From: Somniosus microcephalus
Taxonomy: Eukaryota
Assembly (NCBI GenBank): GCA_052327205.1
Contig: CM126213.1
Coordinates: 107,880,001 to 107,944,000 of the forward strand
Reading direction: 5' to 3'
Length of the DNA stretch: 64,000 nt
Below, piece by piece: positions 11,241 through 24,515 of the stretch. Position 1 is the first letter of the stretch. Each line of letters opens with the position of its first letter. A model generated the notes under the pieces. The model worked only from the letters and a program-made list of their open reading frames with translations. It was not told the DNA's origin and did not search any database. The translations under genes and the position numbers were made by a program.

Positions 11241-13769
11241 AAATCAATGAACTTGCGCTCAGTCAGAAAATGTAAGCTCCTGTGTCTTATATTGCCTCAC
11301 AGGTATACACATTCCTTTTTTGAGAGAGGGCTTTTTTGCTGCTGATTCCTATTAATGGCTCAGGCTTACTGTATACCATGAATTTAGTGGAACCTTTGCA
11401 GTTCTAGTTTAGTTTGTAAAAACTGGTCACACATTATTGTTGAAATGGGCTGCCAACAGTGTTTCTAATCTCCAAGATCAACTTGTTAGTATTTTGTTTG
11501 TCCCTGGAACTTGATATTTGTGACGTCATTCTGGTAAATCTTTTTTCATATAGATCTGGAAAATTCAGTAGTGATCTATCTCAATTGATCAGTGAGTAAA
11601 AGATGAAGTGCATTTTGTTTCTGGGTGCATGGAGGTCTATCATTAGAGTGTGTTGCTTTTATGACTGTCCTGTTACCTGCAGATCGTGCATATCTGGGAG
11701 TGGAAATGCAAGTATGAATGTGCAAATAAAATTGCATTAATTTCACTTTAGATGAAGGCCGTGTTGTCCCTGCTTTTGTAATTATTAATGCAAATCAAGA
11801 TGACAGTTCAACTTATTAATTATTGATTGAGCCATATGATATCATGTTGTACATCCGAACAGAGCTTGTACCTAGGAAAGTACTAGAGAAAATGGAGGAG
11901 CCTCAGAAGCCAGAAAATGAAGTCCATGTATGGCCCCATTTTATGCTACACCGAGGGGGCAAGAAAATAATTTTTTAAACTTATCTGTTCTCTTAGATCA
12001 TGAACATGCTTGCCCCAAATGTTTCAATGAGTTGTATTTAATGTTCTGACAGCAACTTTTTATTTCCCTTTTCCAAAAACACAGGTAGTAGAAAACAAAA
12101 TCCTTATCCATATAGGAATTTCTACATGTAGTGGTCAACTGAAAATGTCTGTTTTCTTGCTGCATAGTGGTGCGGGTATTGGATGTGCCAGACTTGAGTT
12201 GGCAAACTCAGGATATTTGTGAGGGCTTTATCATACAAGAGCTGACCAAACATGTACTTTGAGTTGAGTTTAAGGGCACTGTTCTCAGTGGATATGGAAT
12301 AAAACATGCAATGAATCAGACCTGTACATTTTAATAGTAATCTCTTTGTTGTTTAATTTTATGTAACAGTCCAAGTCTTGCATGAAAACTATTGTTGGCA
12401 GCACAGGCAACAACTGGCTAGAGACTCTTTTGAAGAGCCGGCACAGGCTGAATGGGCCGACTGGTCTCCTTCAGTGCTGTATCACGCTATGATTCTAGAA
12501 CCACTGGTAATGGCATTCCATAAGAATAAAGAACAGCCTATCACGCTGGATCTGCTATTGTGGGAACATACTTGGAGAATAGAATCTTTTATTCTGGAGT
12601 TGATATTTGACTTGGTTTTCATAACACCTTGTTTGAAATTGATGGTGATGCATTTTGAAGTGTTTGTAGCCAAGTTGAAAGAAATTTGGATTTATTTTGT
12701 TTAAATCTCTGAACATGATTTTAAAACTTTGAGTAAAGATACTTCTCATGCCATTATAAAATTTCATTAATGTGACTAGCTTTTCCAGCATTACTTTTCC
12801 TAATCCACAATTGGTTTATTGACAGTTTGTTGGTTGGATCAGTAACATTTCCATTGGTGCCCTTTAACTGTAGGACAATTATGCAATTGGAAACCTGGAC
12901 CTGTGAGGACCTGCATGGTGGATACCTTCTTGGCATCAGGAATATCTGCGCAAATCCACATTCTCGCGAGGAGGGAAAGACAATCATGTTTAAGTAGTCA
13001 CACGTTAGCCAATATGAATGAGTTTTGAGAAGCACTAAAAATGGTCATGAAAGTTAATTTTTAAACTATTATTAGTTTTTCAGTTGTATTACAAGCATTT
13101 TTAATGGTTCTAAGTTCACATAAGTGGTTGCTGGCAGACCTTTGTATTTTCGGTTTGATTGTTGATGCACCTCCTAAGCAGACACTGCTTCTCTCGGAAG
13201 AAGTATTAGTACTGTGGTTCGTTATTAACTGGTGGGTGCAACTACACTTTTAAATGGCTGCATGAATCTGCAGAGCACTCATCTGCACCATTTTTAGAAC
13301 TTTTTTAACTTGAAACTGGTAGGAAACAACAGTACAAAAAGGAGAACATAATTCTTCTATCACAATATTGAGGGGAAATGGTTTTAACAGATCCTGGTGA
13401 CTCGTGGCGTAACCTCATCAGTGAAATCCAATGATCATTAAGGCTGTTGACTGTTCACTGCAGCATGTAGTACATTGTCACAAATTTTCCTATGAAAGGT
13501 CTGTCAGAGATGTTTAAACATTGATCATTGGAAGTTTGCACTCTGTATTTGGGAATGGAGCTTAAAGTCCTGTTTGAAGGCACCTATCTGTTCTTGAAGG
13601 CATTTTGAATGACAGCTACTTTGTGAACATTCAAAAGCTTTCTTTTTAAATTGGCAGTAAATTATTTAAATAGCATGTAATTAATTTATAAACTGGCAAA
13701 GGATACACTGCTGTTTTTTTAATTTGATATGCAGCATTAAATTATTGACTCAATAGTCCATTTCAACAG

Positions 13770-14045
13770 AACTACATATAGAAGGTAGGTGGATATTAGA
13801 GGATGTGTCTCCCAGCCATCCTGGTCTCCTGGAACTTAGTTGATTGCCTTTGGGGATCAAAGAGGAATTTCCCAGTATTTTCCTCAATTGGCCTACGTTT
13901 TTTCTGTCCCTCCCAGGAGATTGTAGAGGTTGGGGAGTTGTGTGGGGGTGCGGATGGGGGTCATGGTGTGCAGAAGTTACACCGTGACCATATAGGACAG
14001 GCTTGATGGAACAGCTGATCTTTCCCTGTCCTTTATTGCGTTTCA
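13770..14045 (+). mobile_element. Old CR1 3'-end fragment (same long-UTR type as 7690-7930)
   Basis: Similar to the reverse complement of 7690-7930 (GGAATTTCCCAG.., GGACAGGCTTGATGGAACAGCTGATCTTT). Confidence 0.55.
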
Positions 14046-14134
14046 TGGACTAAATAAGACTTTTTTTGTCAGGTTTGTAAAGCCTGTTTGGCTCAGTGGG
14101 GTATGTTTCAAACTTCTTGTATTTTTTCCCCCAG

Positions 14135-14481
14135 CTCCCCGTGTGCGTCGTGCACATTCATCTGTGCCACTTACACCTCAGCCGAAGAAAGCAAAGAAAC
14201 ACTCGCTGGAGGACATAATGGATGGTATGATGGAGAAGTTCATCCGCTATAGTGAAGCCGCAGATGAGAAATTTCTCCGTTACATGGAGGCGTCCGAGGA
14301 ACGGTTTGCTCGTCTTGAGCAACTCCGTATGGAAATGGAGGAAAGGATGAGACAAAGCGACAGAGAACATGAAGCCCGTGTTCTATTCATGCTGGGACAG
14401 ATGATGGGCCATAATATGGCTGACTTTCCTTCCACGTCTTCAGCTGCTGAGGGTGAAATAACTGAAAGGAAAGTGTTTTAG
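14135..14481 (+). CDS. Terminal coding exon of a probable Myb/SANT-like (trihelix-type) DNA-binding protein; coiled-coil C-terminus; upstream exons not found in the window
   Basis: Strong acceptor TTTTTTCCCCCAG|CT (phase 1); open frame ..PRVRRAH..PKKAKK..LEDIMDGMMEKF..EERFARLEQLRMEMEERMRQSDREHEARVLFMLGQMM..KVF-TAG; NLS-like basic patch plus heptad E/R/M pattern; followed by repeat-poor AT-rich sequence. Confidence 0.75.
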
Positions 14482-16690
14482 GTTACGGTTAAATTCACTG
14501 TTCAACTTATTCACTTAAAAATGAAGTTGTATCTTTGTAGCGCATTTTTATTTTATATACAGTATGTTTTCTGATGCAACTGCATACAGGTTCATAACCA
14601 AAAGATTTTTTAATTGTTGGTAAGCTTGCATGTTGAGTGGAAAACAATTTTGTTTGGTAAAACTATTGAGAGCAATAGCTCAAAAGTAAACCAGCCATCT
14701 CTTTGTAGACTAATTTCTGGGGGGTGTGTTGAGTGCAAAAATTGACTTCACTTTTAAGCCAACATGAAGTCAGGAAGAAATAATTGTAGCAATGCAAAGA
14801 TAGTACAAGAGTTTCATTTTATGACTTTATTTAGGACTTAAAAATAGGTTACCTATAAAGTCAATCACTAATGTTCTTTCATATAACCCTAGGTAAGACA
14901 ATACATCAAATGATCCAATGTGATCTTTTCAACCTATATGAAGGAAAATCTTGCATCAAGTCCACTGCCCTGCCTTCATGTTTTCCTTTTATTTCACAGC
15001 ACTATTGGAAGTGGTTTGCTGTAGCATAACCAGTCTTTCATTCTATTGTTTCCCTCGTAGCAGTTACTTTTAGTATACAATGCACTTAGCAGTTCTTCAA
15101 TAAATGGAAATCTTACAACACTATGTAATAGGGCAGTGTTCCATAGTGAGAAATATAGCATATAGTTATTTTGCATAACTGAGTCTTGACACCATGAATT
15201 GTGAGTGAGTGAATTTTTTTTAAAATAAATGTATTAAAGGAATTGTCTGATTTGTTGGCATTCCAGTTTTAGCAAATGGATTCAACATGGCCTTGTCGAG
15301 ACCTTCCCCCTTGCTGTGCTGAAGGGCATGTGCTCAGACCTGAATGCTCACAAACCATCATTACCTTAACGGAGGATCCAGCCTTCTGTTACCTACAGGG
15401 CAATAGCTATTAGTTTCTATTTTTAAGAAATGGGATTCTTAAAATTTTTAAATATCACTTTTACAGAGTCAGCTTACTTTGTTTTAAATTTTTAGATGAT
15501 GTAAGAAATTCTGAATAATTAGTTTTAATTGATGCTGTAGCAGCCACAAATAATGATGTGCATTTGATTTGAGATGCATGTATTTCTACATTGGCCATTA
15601 TGAAATAAATGTGGCTAAATGTTGCTATAAAAAGGAGTTAATAATTCCCAGGGACTTGTAATGAAAGATTTAAATCTTTTACCCCAAAAAAACAAATACA
15701 AGTGCTTGTAAATGTGTTTCTTGACAAGAGAGCTGACTCGAAAACTGTTGGTAAAACAAAGTTACAGCTGAGCTGTTCTATCCAAATTGAGCCACTCTTA
15801 ATAAGAAACCTAAAAGCCTTAAACATGATTGGTAGATGGTGAGTTCTCATACAGACATCATTGTAAATGACTCTGTTAACGTTGGGTTGTTAATGAGAGG
15901 TGCTAGTTAATTAACTATTTTCTTTTAATTCACTATGGATATTACTAGATTAAGGTGCTGAATACAATTAAACTGAGAAATGTTATGTTAACTGGTTATT
16001 GGGGTAGGGTGGACATGACATGGTTTGTGTTTGCTTACCAACCCCTAGTGGCCAAAGCATGCTTCAAGTCTTGGAAGACGCAAATGTTAAAGATGCTTAA
16101 TACTGGTAGTTACTAATAACTTGTGTGGAAAAGCAAGGGCATATTTTAATACTGAGGTTCAGTTTCCAAGTTGTGTGGCTTGTTCACTTTTTAGTTACTG
16201 TAATTTCATGACAATAATCTTCAGTCTGTATACTTAATTTGTGTCCTTCCCTATGTAGATATTTTCTACCCAAAGGCACTCTGTTAAATCACAGAACATG
16301 TAAACCGAAGAAAAGCCTTTTTTAATATCTTTAACCATACAAATGGAAGATTAACCCTTTCTCATTGAGGAATTTCTATTTTTAGTGGAACGCTGCAGCT
16401 ACTATTTTGTCCACTTAAGATGGAAAAGGGTTTAATAGAACCGATTCAGATATCTGAATTACAAATATAATCCAGTTGTGGTTTGATTTTTTTTTTAAAA
16501 ACAAGTCCTTGTGAGTGCACAATTCATTTAAGCTTTGAACAACTGAATTGGATGACCTATCCCACAAACTGTGAATATACCTACTCGTCCCACAGTGGGA
16601 GAGGGATCATTTCTCTTTCACTTTGAAGTATTTTTACAATTTTATACTGTAGAATTGACTGTTACTGAAGTAAAATAAAAACCTAATGTT
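14482..16690 (+). other. Putative 3' UTR of the Myb/SANT-like gene with candidate poly(A) signals
   Basis: AT-rich and apparently free of transposons; AATAAA at 15224-15229 and 16674-16679. Confidence 0.45.
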
Positions 16691-17372
16691 GAAATTTGGT
16701 TTCACAGTGTGATCTCGATGTCCATTTTCAGAATGTAGAGATCATGCAAAGGGTCAAGGTCCAACCAAGAGAAAGGAATAACGGGAAAGAAAAAAAACAT
16801 GTTTTTCTCGTATGTGACTTTATCATGGTTAAGTGAAAGAGGATGCAGTGCAGGTATTGTGGGAGTAGAGAAATAAAGGATTTGGCAGAGCAACAGCTCC
16901 AATTCCACATATGTAAGGGACAGGAGGTCTGAGATATTATGAGCAAAATGTTTCCTTGTTTCTCTGTGACTTAACATTTCTTTGCTTGTATATTCCTTGG
17001 GTCTGATTGTTTTTCCTGTCTTCATTGGGTTCACCCTGCAGCACAGAGAATATTACAACTGGGAAGTGGCCTGATTCCAAATTCCTGCCATTGGTACTGT
17101 TGAGAGGTTCCCAGGAAATTGGCACGGGTTGACTCTACCTTCTAGGCATCCCGACTGAGATAGTTATCTCAGTGTCAAGCAATTGTAAAAGACAATCTCT
17201 GTCGAAGTACTCTGTGTGCTAATGACCTGTGCTACAGAAAAGGTGCCCCACCAAGCTATGCACTTGTTTCATATTCTTTATTTATATTTGCCTCGTTTTT
17301 GTTTCTCTGTTTTCCTCCACTTGAGTTCCTCTTGTTCTGTTGTTCCTTTCCTATTATTTATCCTCTCCAATA

Positions 17373-17816
17373 CAGGTAGACTATCCTTTATCCGAAAACC
17401 TCGGGACCAGCCGAGTTTCGGATAAAGGAGAATTTCGGAAGGTGGGTCGGCGGGGGGGTCGTGCGCACGACTTACGCTGACGCTCAGCGTAAGTCAGTCG
17501 GGGCCGGCGGGGTCCGCGGTTGTCGGGGGCTGGCGGTTGTCGGGGCCGGCAGGGGGGGTCGGCGGCTGGCGGGGCCGGCGGGGGGGGTCGCGGTTGTCGG
17601 GGCCGGCGGGGTCCGCGGGGGGGGGGGGGTCGGCGGTTGTCGGGGCCGGCGGGGTGTCGTGCGCACGACTTACCCTTTATCCGAACTTCCGAAACCGGAA
17701 CCCTCTAAAAACCGACGGTTTTTTCGTTCGTACGCACGACTTACGCTGAACGAAAAAACCTTCGGTTTTTAGAGGGTTTCGGTTTTCGGAAGTCCGGATA
17801 AAGGGTAGTCTACCTG
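17373..17816. mobile_element. Young CpG-rich Tc1/mariner-type (pogo/Tigger-like) MITE with nested palindromes
   Basis: 22-bp TIR CAGGTAGACTATCCTTTATCCG / CGGATAAAGGGTAGTCTACCTG (1 mismatch); TA at 17371-72 and 17817-18; internal GC-rich TCGGGGCCGGCGGGGG repeats. Confidence 0.92.
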
Positions 17817-20537
17817 TACTTACATTTTTTGATCAGGAGCCCCTGACAACAGAAACTCAGAATTTAACAGACGTGATAAGAAAAAAACCAGCATGACCCA
17901 CAGAGAAGCGAGTGAGTGCAGTTGGACTGGAGATTACGCTGAGCTGGAGCTGCAGCGTGCACACACAAAATTGATTTCTGTTCAAGTTTGAGTACTGAAG
18001 TTGATTCAAATGATTGGAAATGTGAAAAAGAGGAAACTCTTGGACATTTCTGGTCAATGTTGAGCCTAAAGTCAATGAATGCACTGATTGCAATGGAGAT
18101 AAAACAACTTATAATAGACTGCAGGACCTAGCATTTATAAAATTTGATTGTAAAGCGGCTTCACAGCATTCATCTAATGAACAGTTTCATTTTATAAATT
18201 ATGCGTATCACTCTGATGCCTTTCTCTAATTCACAGGTCGCAGTTAATTCTTCGACAATTTTATCTTTCCTATTGTGTTTCCGTTTTAAATTAATCACCT
18301 TTGAACCCGTACATTTCCACTTTACTCATTGTACCATCAACATCCTTTGTTCTTGCTACACATGGCTTTTTTTCTTTGGGGTAAGGTAGTTTATGGTGGA
18401 ATTTTATGTTTTTGATTTCATACCCTAGTTCTGGCATGTGCAGCTATGACACAAAAATATATTGAATGAGATACTCCAGGTCTAGTGCCTTATAGTTACT
18501 GAATCAGTGTACTGAGCAGCACTTGTAGTTCCACAGATTATTCTGCCAAACTTTTTATCCCAAGCATTGTTTAATTCCTCGATATTCCACCCCCCCAAAA
18601 AAAATATAGTCTTAAGTTTCAGCACCTTACCAATAGCTCTATATTTACCAATTCATGAATTTAAGCAGTTCCTAAAATGTTTGAGGAACAGAAACAACCA
18701 CTGTTAAGACACACTATTAAGTAATCATGGCTTCTGCCTGCTGTTTACTGGGGGATTGAAGGTAGTTGGTTCTGGAGTTGAAGGAGGAGCTTTTGATTAT
18801 CCTCAATTCTGCAGAATTGAGCAGATGAAGTCTTTATTATTTGATTATTGTTTCAGCTGCTGTTTGAGCCAATTCCTCATTTTTCTGAGCCACTCCCTCA
18901 TTTTTCCAATAAATTGTGGCTTAAACATGCGGTTTGTTCATTCTTCAGCTGTTGCCTAGAAATTATGCATTGTTGACACGCTGATGTGTCTTGACACCTT
19001 TCTGAGATTTATTTAACTGTTAATAATCAAGTTTGGGTGAATGCTGCCATCAAGCTCATCTAGGTCAGGCTAAAACATGGGTTAAAGTGGAGAGTGCCAA
19101 CTAATGTTCAAGAGTGGAGAGTGCCAACAATAAAAAAGTCAAAAATTAATGCATAAACATTTCTGTAATGGCACAGTTTTCCTTCATCTTGCTTCCCAGG
19201 CAGTGCCTTGGTTCGAGCCCACTTCCTCCTTCCTGTCCGCTTTTTCAGTCTCATTGTTTGGTATTGTATAGGACAACCCAGCCAAGATCAGCAACTTGCC
19301 ATCTAAAAAAAGCCCAGAGCTAAGTGGCAAATTGGATCTTTAATTGTTACAAAGGGATTATTTATTTGTTATGTTTTACACAACAAATCTGTGTAAAGAG
19401 TGTTACATATTTCAAGTTTGCTGTAACTGAATATTTTGTTGATTAACCAAAATAGGAAGTGTCTCCATTCCACTTCCTTCAGTTTCACCATTTTGTATGT
19501 GTGAAAATTTACCACAGGTTTAAAATAGTGTCTCATTCCAACCAAAACAGGTCTTTCTATTCCGTTTACATCTCTAGATCATTAAAGAGCTCCTTAGTAT
19601 TTTTCCAAGGAGTAAAATTTCCTCATTAGAGGTTTGTATTATGGACTCTGAGCTGTTGACTTTCATGTATTGTTGATATGCTGGGGGGAATCCAGTATTC
19701 CTTGTCTTAAGAATGTTACCTTCAGTATCGGTACATAGAAAAGGATAAGTTGCCTGGATAAGTTGGTACTGATCCTTACCATGTAAGCCTTATATAAATC
19801 ATTGTTTACTCTAAGTTAGTAATTCTCTGATTGCTGCTTCAATGTCCTCACATAGTTCTTAGAAAAGGTTACAATTATAACAAATAATGTGTTTGCACCT
19901 GTGTGTGGCTGTTAAATCAGCTATTCAAAATGTCACTCTGAAATGTGTGCACTCATGCTGCTAATCCTGTTATCTGATTGGCTGGAACTTGCAATTAATT
20001 TAAAATACAGGTTTAAACAATCCAGTTGAAAAATCTTGGCAAAATGGGTTTCAATATTGATATTAACTATATTGAAAAACTGCAGCTTTTAAAATGGTTG
20101 TAAATATATACTTTTTTTCTGTTATGCCTTTTTTTAAAGAAGGAAATGTGAACAATTTTGACACTTCTGTTTGTGTAAACACTGAAATGTTACCAGTCCT
20201 GCATATAATGAAAAATATCATACCAGTAATGTTTCCAGGAGTCTTCCAGTTGGATGAAGATGCAGTGGTACTTATTAGTTATAAATCTTTCAAGTTAGTG
20301 AAAGAATAATAGTACCTACCTGTCACTGGTATGATAACCAAGGTTTCTCCAGTATGTTATAAACTGGCATGTGTGCTAAGATTTATCCTCATTGTGTTCT
20401 TTATTATCAGTATTGTTTCCCCAAAATATTGTAAGTGTGATAAAAGCATTTGTTTCTCAGAAATAAAAAGAAATCCTTCAAGCCTGAAAAAATTGTTTTT
20501 TTCCTTTATTCAGACAATTCTTCAATGTGCATACCTT

Positions 20538-20660
20538 GTGCTGATGAAGGGCAATGCCTGAAACATTAACAGTCTTCCTTTCTTTACAGATGCTGCTTGA
20601 CTTGCTGAGTGTTTCCAGCATTTTCCAGTTTTGTTTCAGATCTCCAGTATTTTGTTTGTC
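20538..20660 (+). mobile_element. Penelope pLTR fragment with a minimal hammerhead motif
   Basis: CTGATGA(20541-47)-AGGGCAATGCCT-GAAAC-ATTAAC, then GATGCTGCTTGACTTGCTGAGTGTTTCCAGCATTTT. Confidence 0.7.
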
Positions 20661-21979
20661 TTCAGTTGATGAAATAGTCTCCAAGATTATCTAGAAGCTC
20701 TTAGTATAAAAAGACCATGGAAAGTGTGCTGCAGTAACTTCTAGAGGATTCAGCTCAGGATTGTAGCTGTTGGCTTCTGATGAAAACTTAATGTTACCTA
20801 ATTATGATTTTCTGATTTACAGAGTTTTTTACTCCAGCTCAAATTTTTTTTAAAGAATTAAAGACTAGGTAAATTTATCCTGAAAGCCAGCTTTGATCAT
20901 CTGTGTATTACATGATCTGCAGAGACATCAAAATTGGCTATTTGATGCTTAATGAATGTAATCACAGTGGTCATTGGCATTCTCTTCAGCAGCGTGGTTT
21001 GGAACTGTATGTGTATATTTGATTCTGTATTCCAAGTTAATTCAATTGTGTTTTGTTCTTCGTAAGTTGAGAGTTCTGTTCTTATCAGCACTTCTTGATT
21101 GATTTCCGGCCCTATATTGCCATGTTCTATGTGTACCATTCAGGCACAAGCATGCAACTTGGTTCTTCTATTTATGAGTGGTTTCACAAACCATGACGCT
21201 TTCATCTGTTTTTACCTCTTGCATCGAGCTTCTTTTTTAAAGTATCACACCGATGCAGCAGGAGGTGCTCTTCTGAAGTTTGAATGAAATAACATTGCTG
21301 GGGAAGAACAGCTAACCACATACTGAACCAGTAATTTATCAGGTGTGGAAATGCTTGATGGTGAAACTGGGAAAAAATATTCCATCCTTCAACACACCTG
21401 TCTCCAGGGTGATTGAAATGTCCTGGGCACTTTTTTTTATTTGCAATGAACCAACAATGACAAATTAATAATCCAGTGTAACAATACTTTTGGATGGAAA
21501 ATAATAGAAGCCTCTCATACACCCTCAAGTGTGTGGTTTAACTTCATAAAAAATAGAATAGCAAAGGATTTATTATAATTGAATAGGAGTTACAGCAATC
21601 AATCAAAACTATAGACACAAAACAACTACATAACAAATCCTACAAATAGGAGCTCTTTGATAAAAGTAAAGAAATTACACTAAGATAATCAAAATTTCCA
21701 ACGGAGCATAAAAAAACAGATGGTAATGTGTTTCCAAATATCCTTCCAAGTGCATCATCCTGACCAAGGAAGCAAGCTGACTGAAAAATGCCACATTTTC
21801 ATTTTAAAAGAGACCAATCAAGATTCAGGAGAGCACAACTATGGAGGAAAACTTCAAAATAGCTGCACATTAACAACTCCAGTTTCCACAGGCTAGTGTT
21901 AACAGATTTTTAGAAAACAGGCCCTGTATTTTCACAAAAGAAGTTGAAGGAATAGAAAAACAAAGTAACATCAAAAAGT

Positions 21980-23355
21980 TTAAATATAAGGAAGAAGGTG
22001 ATGAAATGTGGGAGTTTTGTAGAAATATAAAATTGGATATCACTGACTTAACAGAGATCTGGTTAAAATCAAAGGATGAGTATTAGTTTCATTTGATAAT
22101 TTTAGGATATCTAAAAGGGTTACTCACCTGGAGTTGGGGAATGAGACATTGCCAGCATGGGAGGGTCTGAAAATTAGAAGAACTGATTGAATTTGGAAGT
22201 GAGAGAGTCTGTCAACCTGACACTGAGAAGGTAACTAGCAATTATCACTTGTAATGCATGAATGGACAAAAGGAGAAACTGATCTGGGATTATTTGGACA
22301 AATAAGGAATGCAGCAGAGCACACTGAGGACTTTCAAAGGCGGAGTTAATGCCGGTCTGCTTCCTGACTGTTTTAAAAGATGCAGAAAGAAGCCTAGTAT
22401 TGGGGTGGACATATGGGAAATCTGGAGACTGGGAAGCTTTTGTGCAAAAGTTATCATATTGTAGTTGAGTCCAATATTGTGACAAGGGTGAAAGCAAGAA
22501 AAAAATAAATTACCCAGATTTGAGAAGAACTCATTTTAAAGCCACAACAGTCAAAATGGTGGCAGGAAATAGGGAAATAAGCAGCTAGGAAAAATAGCAA
22601 ACAAAATTGAATGGTTTTAATAATATATGGTGGGCAAATTAAATATGTACTGTATACAAATAAAATTAGTATCAAAACCAACACCTCAGTTGTCAAGTAG
22701 TAAAGTTAAAAATAGCATAAAGGAAAATCAAAAATTTCAAAAAATTTAAACACTTTTTCGAATTGGTGAAATTATGTACCCCAGCATCTGTGCTTGCAAA
22801 TCTTTTTTGTTTTCCATTTATATATAAATAATTTGGACATAGGCATAAGAAGATTCTTGTGAAGTTTGCTGATACCAAATTAGGTGGCATGGCAAATTTT
22901 GAGGAATATTGCAGGACATAGGTTTGCAGACTGCAAAATAGGTGACAGATGCAGTTCAATGCAGAAAAATGAGAAGTAATATATTTTGGGGGGAAAGAAA
23001 GGTGAAAGGAAGTAGACCCCAAATGACAAAGATTTTAAAGAGTTCTACGAGTGGGGATAATAGATCCTTAAATAGCTAAAAGTACAGACACAAAAGACCA
23101 TTAAAAGGCTAATGTGATTGTGGGTTTTATATAATAGGGGCATTGAATACAAAAACAAGACATGATGCTGAACACATACAAGGCATTGGCTAGGCCACAT
23201 ACAGTTCTGGGCATCTGGTTAAAGGAAGGATATTAGAGCCACAGAAAGGGTATCGTGAAGAGCTGTTGAAATGATACCAGGAATGTAGTTACTGTACAAA
23301 GAAAACCTGAAATAGAGGTTAAGGAGGGATCTAATGGAGCTTTTCAAAATTATGC
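21980..23355 (+). mobile_element. Highly decayed CR1 ORF2 remnants
   Basis: KFADTKLGG, MQFNAEK, GIEYK and 3' ORF2 remnants, with many stops and deletions. Confidence 0.65.
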
Positions 23356-24019
23356 GTACAAAATACATGCTATTCACCAGCCTCAGAAGGGTTTGACACT
23401 GTTGTCGTTCCTCGCAACCCCCCACCGCTACCAGTAGCAACTCTTGGGAATTTGGTATAAAACCTGTCTCCACTTGCCACCCGACAGTTAGCTCGGTGCC
23501 ACAGTACAGTTCACTTCGTCCTACTAAATTGATTCATTAAGAACTTCAATCACATTATGCTTGCTTTTCCAATTCTTCAATACGGCCTGTTAGCTCAGAT
23601 GCAAACTCAGTATAGCCTAGAGGATGTCTCACAGGTCTCTTGAAAAGGAATGGATTTGATAGTTATTGGCGCTGGACTAGAGAGACCCTTTGAACCACGA
23701 TTGATGACAAACTTTAGCCAACAGAAAAATTATTTAGAATTATTTTTGTATAATTGTGCATCCTCGTGGATCAACACAACCCACTGTTCCTGCTTAATCT
23801 CCCTGATAACCCCATGAGGATGGGGATTCAAGCATGTGTCAGCCCACACTTAATTTCTGAACTCCTGGCCCCATGAGGGCCAGCAATGCTTTTCTGAGTC
23901 ATTCTTGGTTAAAACAGCAGTACACGTAACAGCTGGGTGATGCAATATTTTAACTATGGTTGAGAAGAAAATGTAATGTGGGCATTCTAAGGTGCAAATA
24001 TGTGTGTTAGTTTCATCTG

Positions 24020-24515
24020 GTAGCTTGGCTCAGTGATAACACTCTTGCCTCTGAGTCAGAAGGTTGTGGGTTAAGCACCACTAAAGGACTTTGAGCAGAA
24101 AATCTAGGCCAACACGTAATTGCAATACTCGGGGAGTACTGGATTATTAGATGTGCTTTCTTTCAGATGAGATATTAAACCAAGGCCCTGTCTGTCTGTT
24201 TAGGTGAATGTGAAGGATCTCATGTAACTATTCAAAGAACATTGTCGAGAATGAGGGGCTATAGATACAAAATGAAATTTAAGAGTTTTAGCACAGATAT
24301 TTGTACGGCTGTGGAATTCATTTCCAGGGTCAGTGGTTGAGGTGGAAACTATGTCAACATTCAAGATTAGATTAGACAGGTGAATGAAGGAAAAAGGGGA
24401 TGGGGATAAAGGGATATGGGAATGTGGTGAGTAAATGCACTCGGACTAATTGCTCACATGGAGGGTAAACGCCAACATGGACTAGTTGGCCTGTTTCTGT
24501 GTTGTAACTTCTATG
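24020..24515 (+). mobile_element. Deu-SINE 5' part joined to a CR1 3' fragment
   Basis: GGCTCAGTG..CTCTTGCCTCTGAGTCAGAAGGTTGTGGGT head; later TGTGGAATTC..GGATAAAGGGATATGGG..CTTCTATGT. Confidence 0.65.

Noticed and set aside
11860-11980. Purine-rich stretch (MEEPQKPENEVH..) as a possible upstream exon of the Myb/SANT-like gene
   Set aside because: Short, with no convincing splice-site pair or Myb-like residues
17461-17772. Overlapping Gly/Arg/Pro-rich ORFs
   Set aside because: They lie entirely within the GC-rich MITE; open frames on both strands reflect base composition
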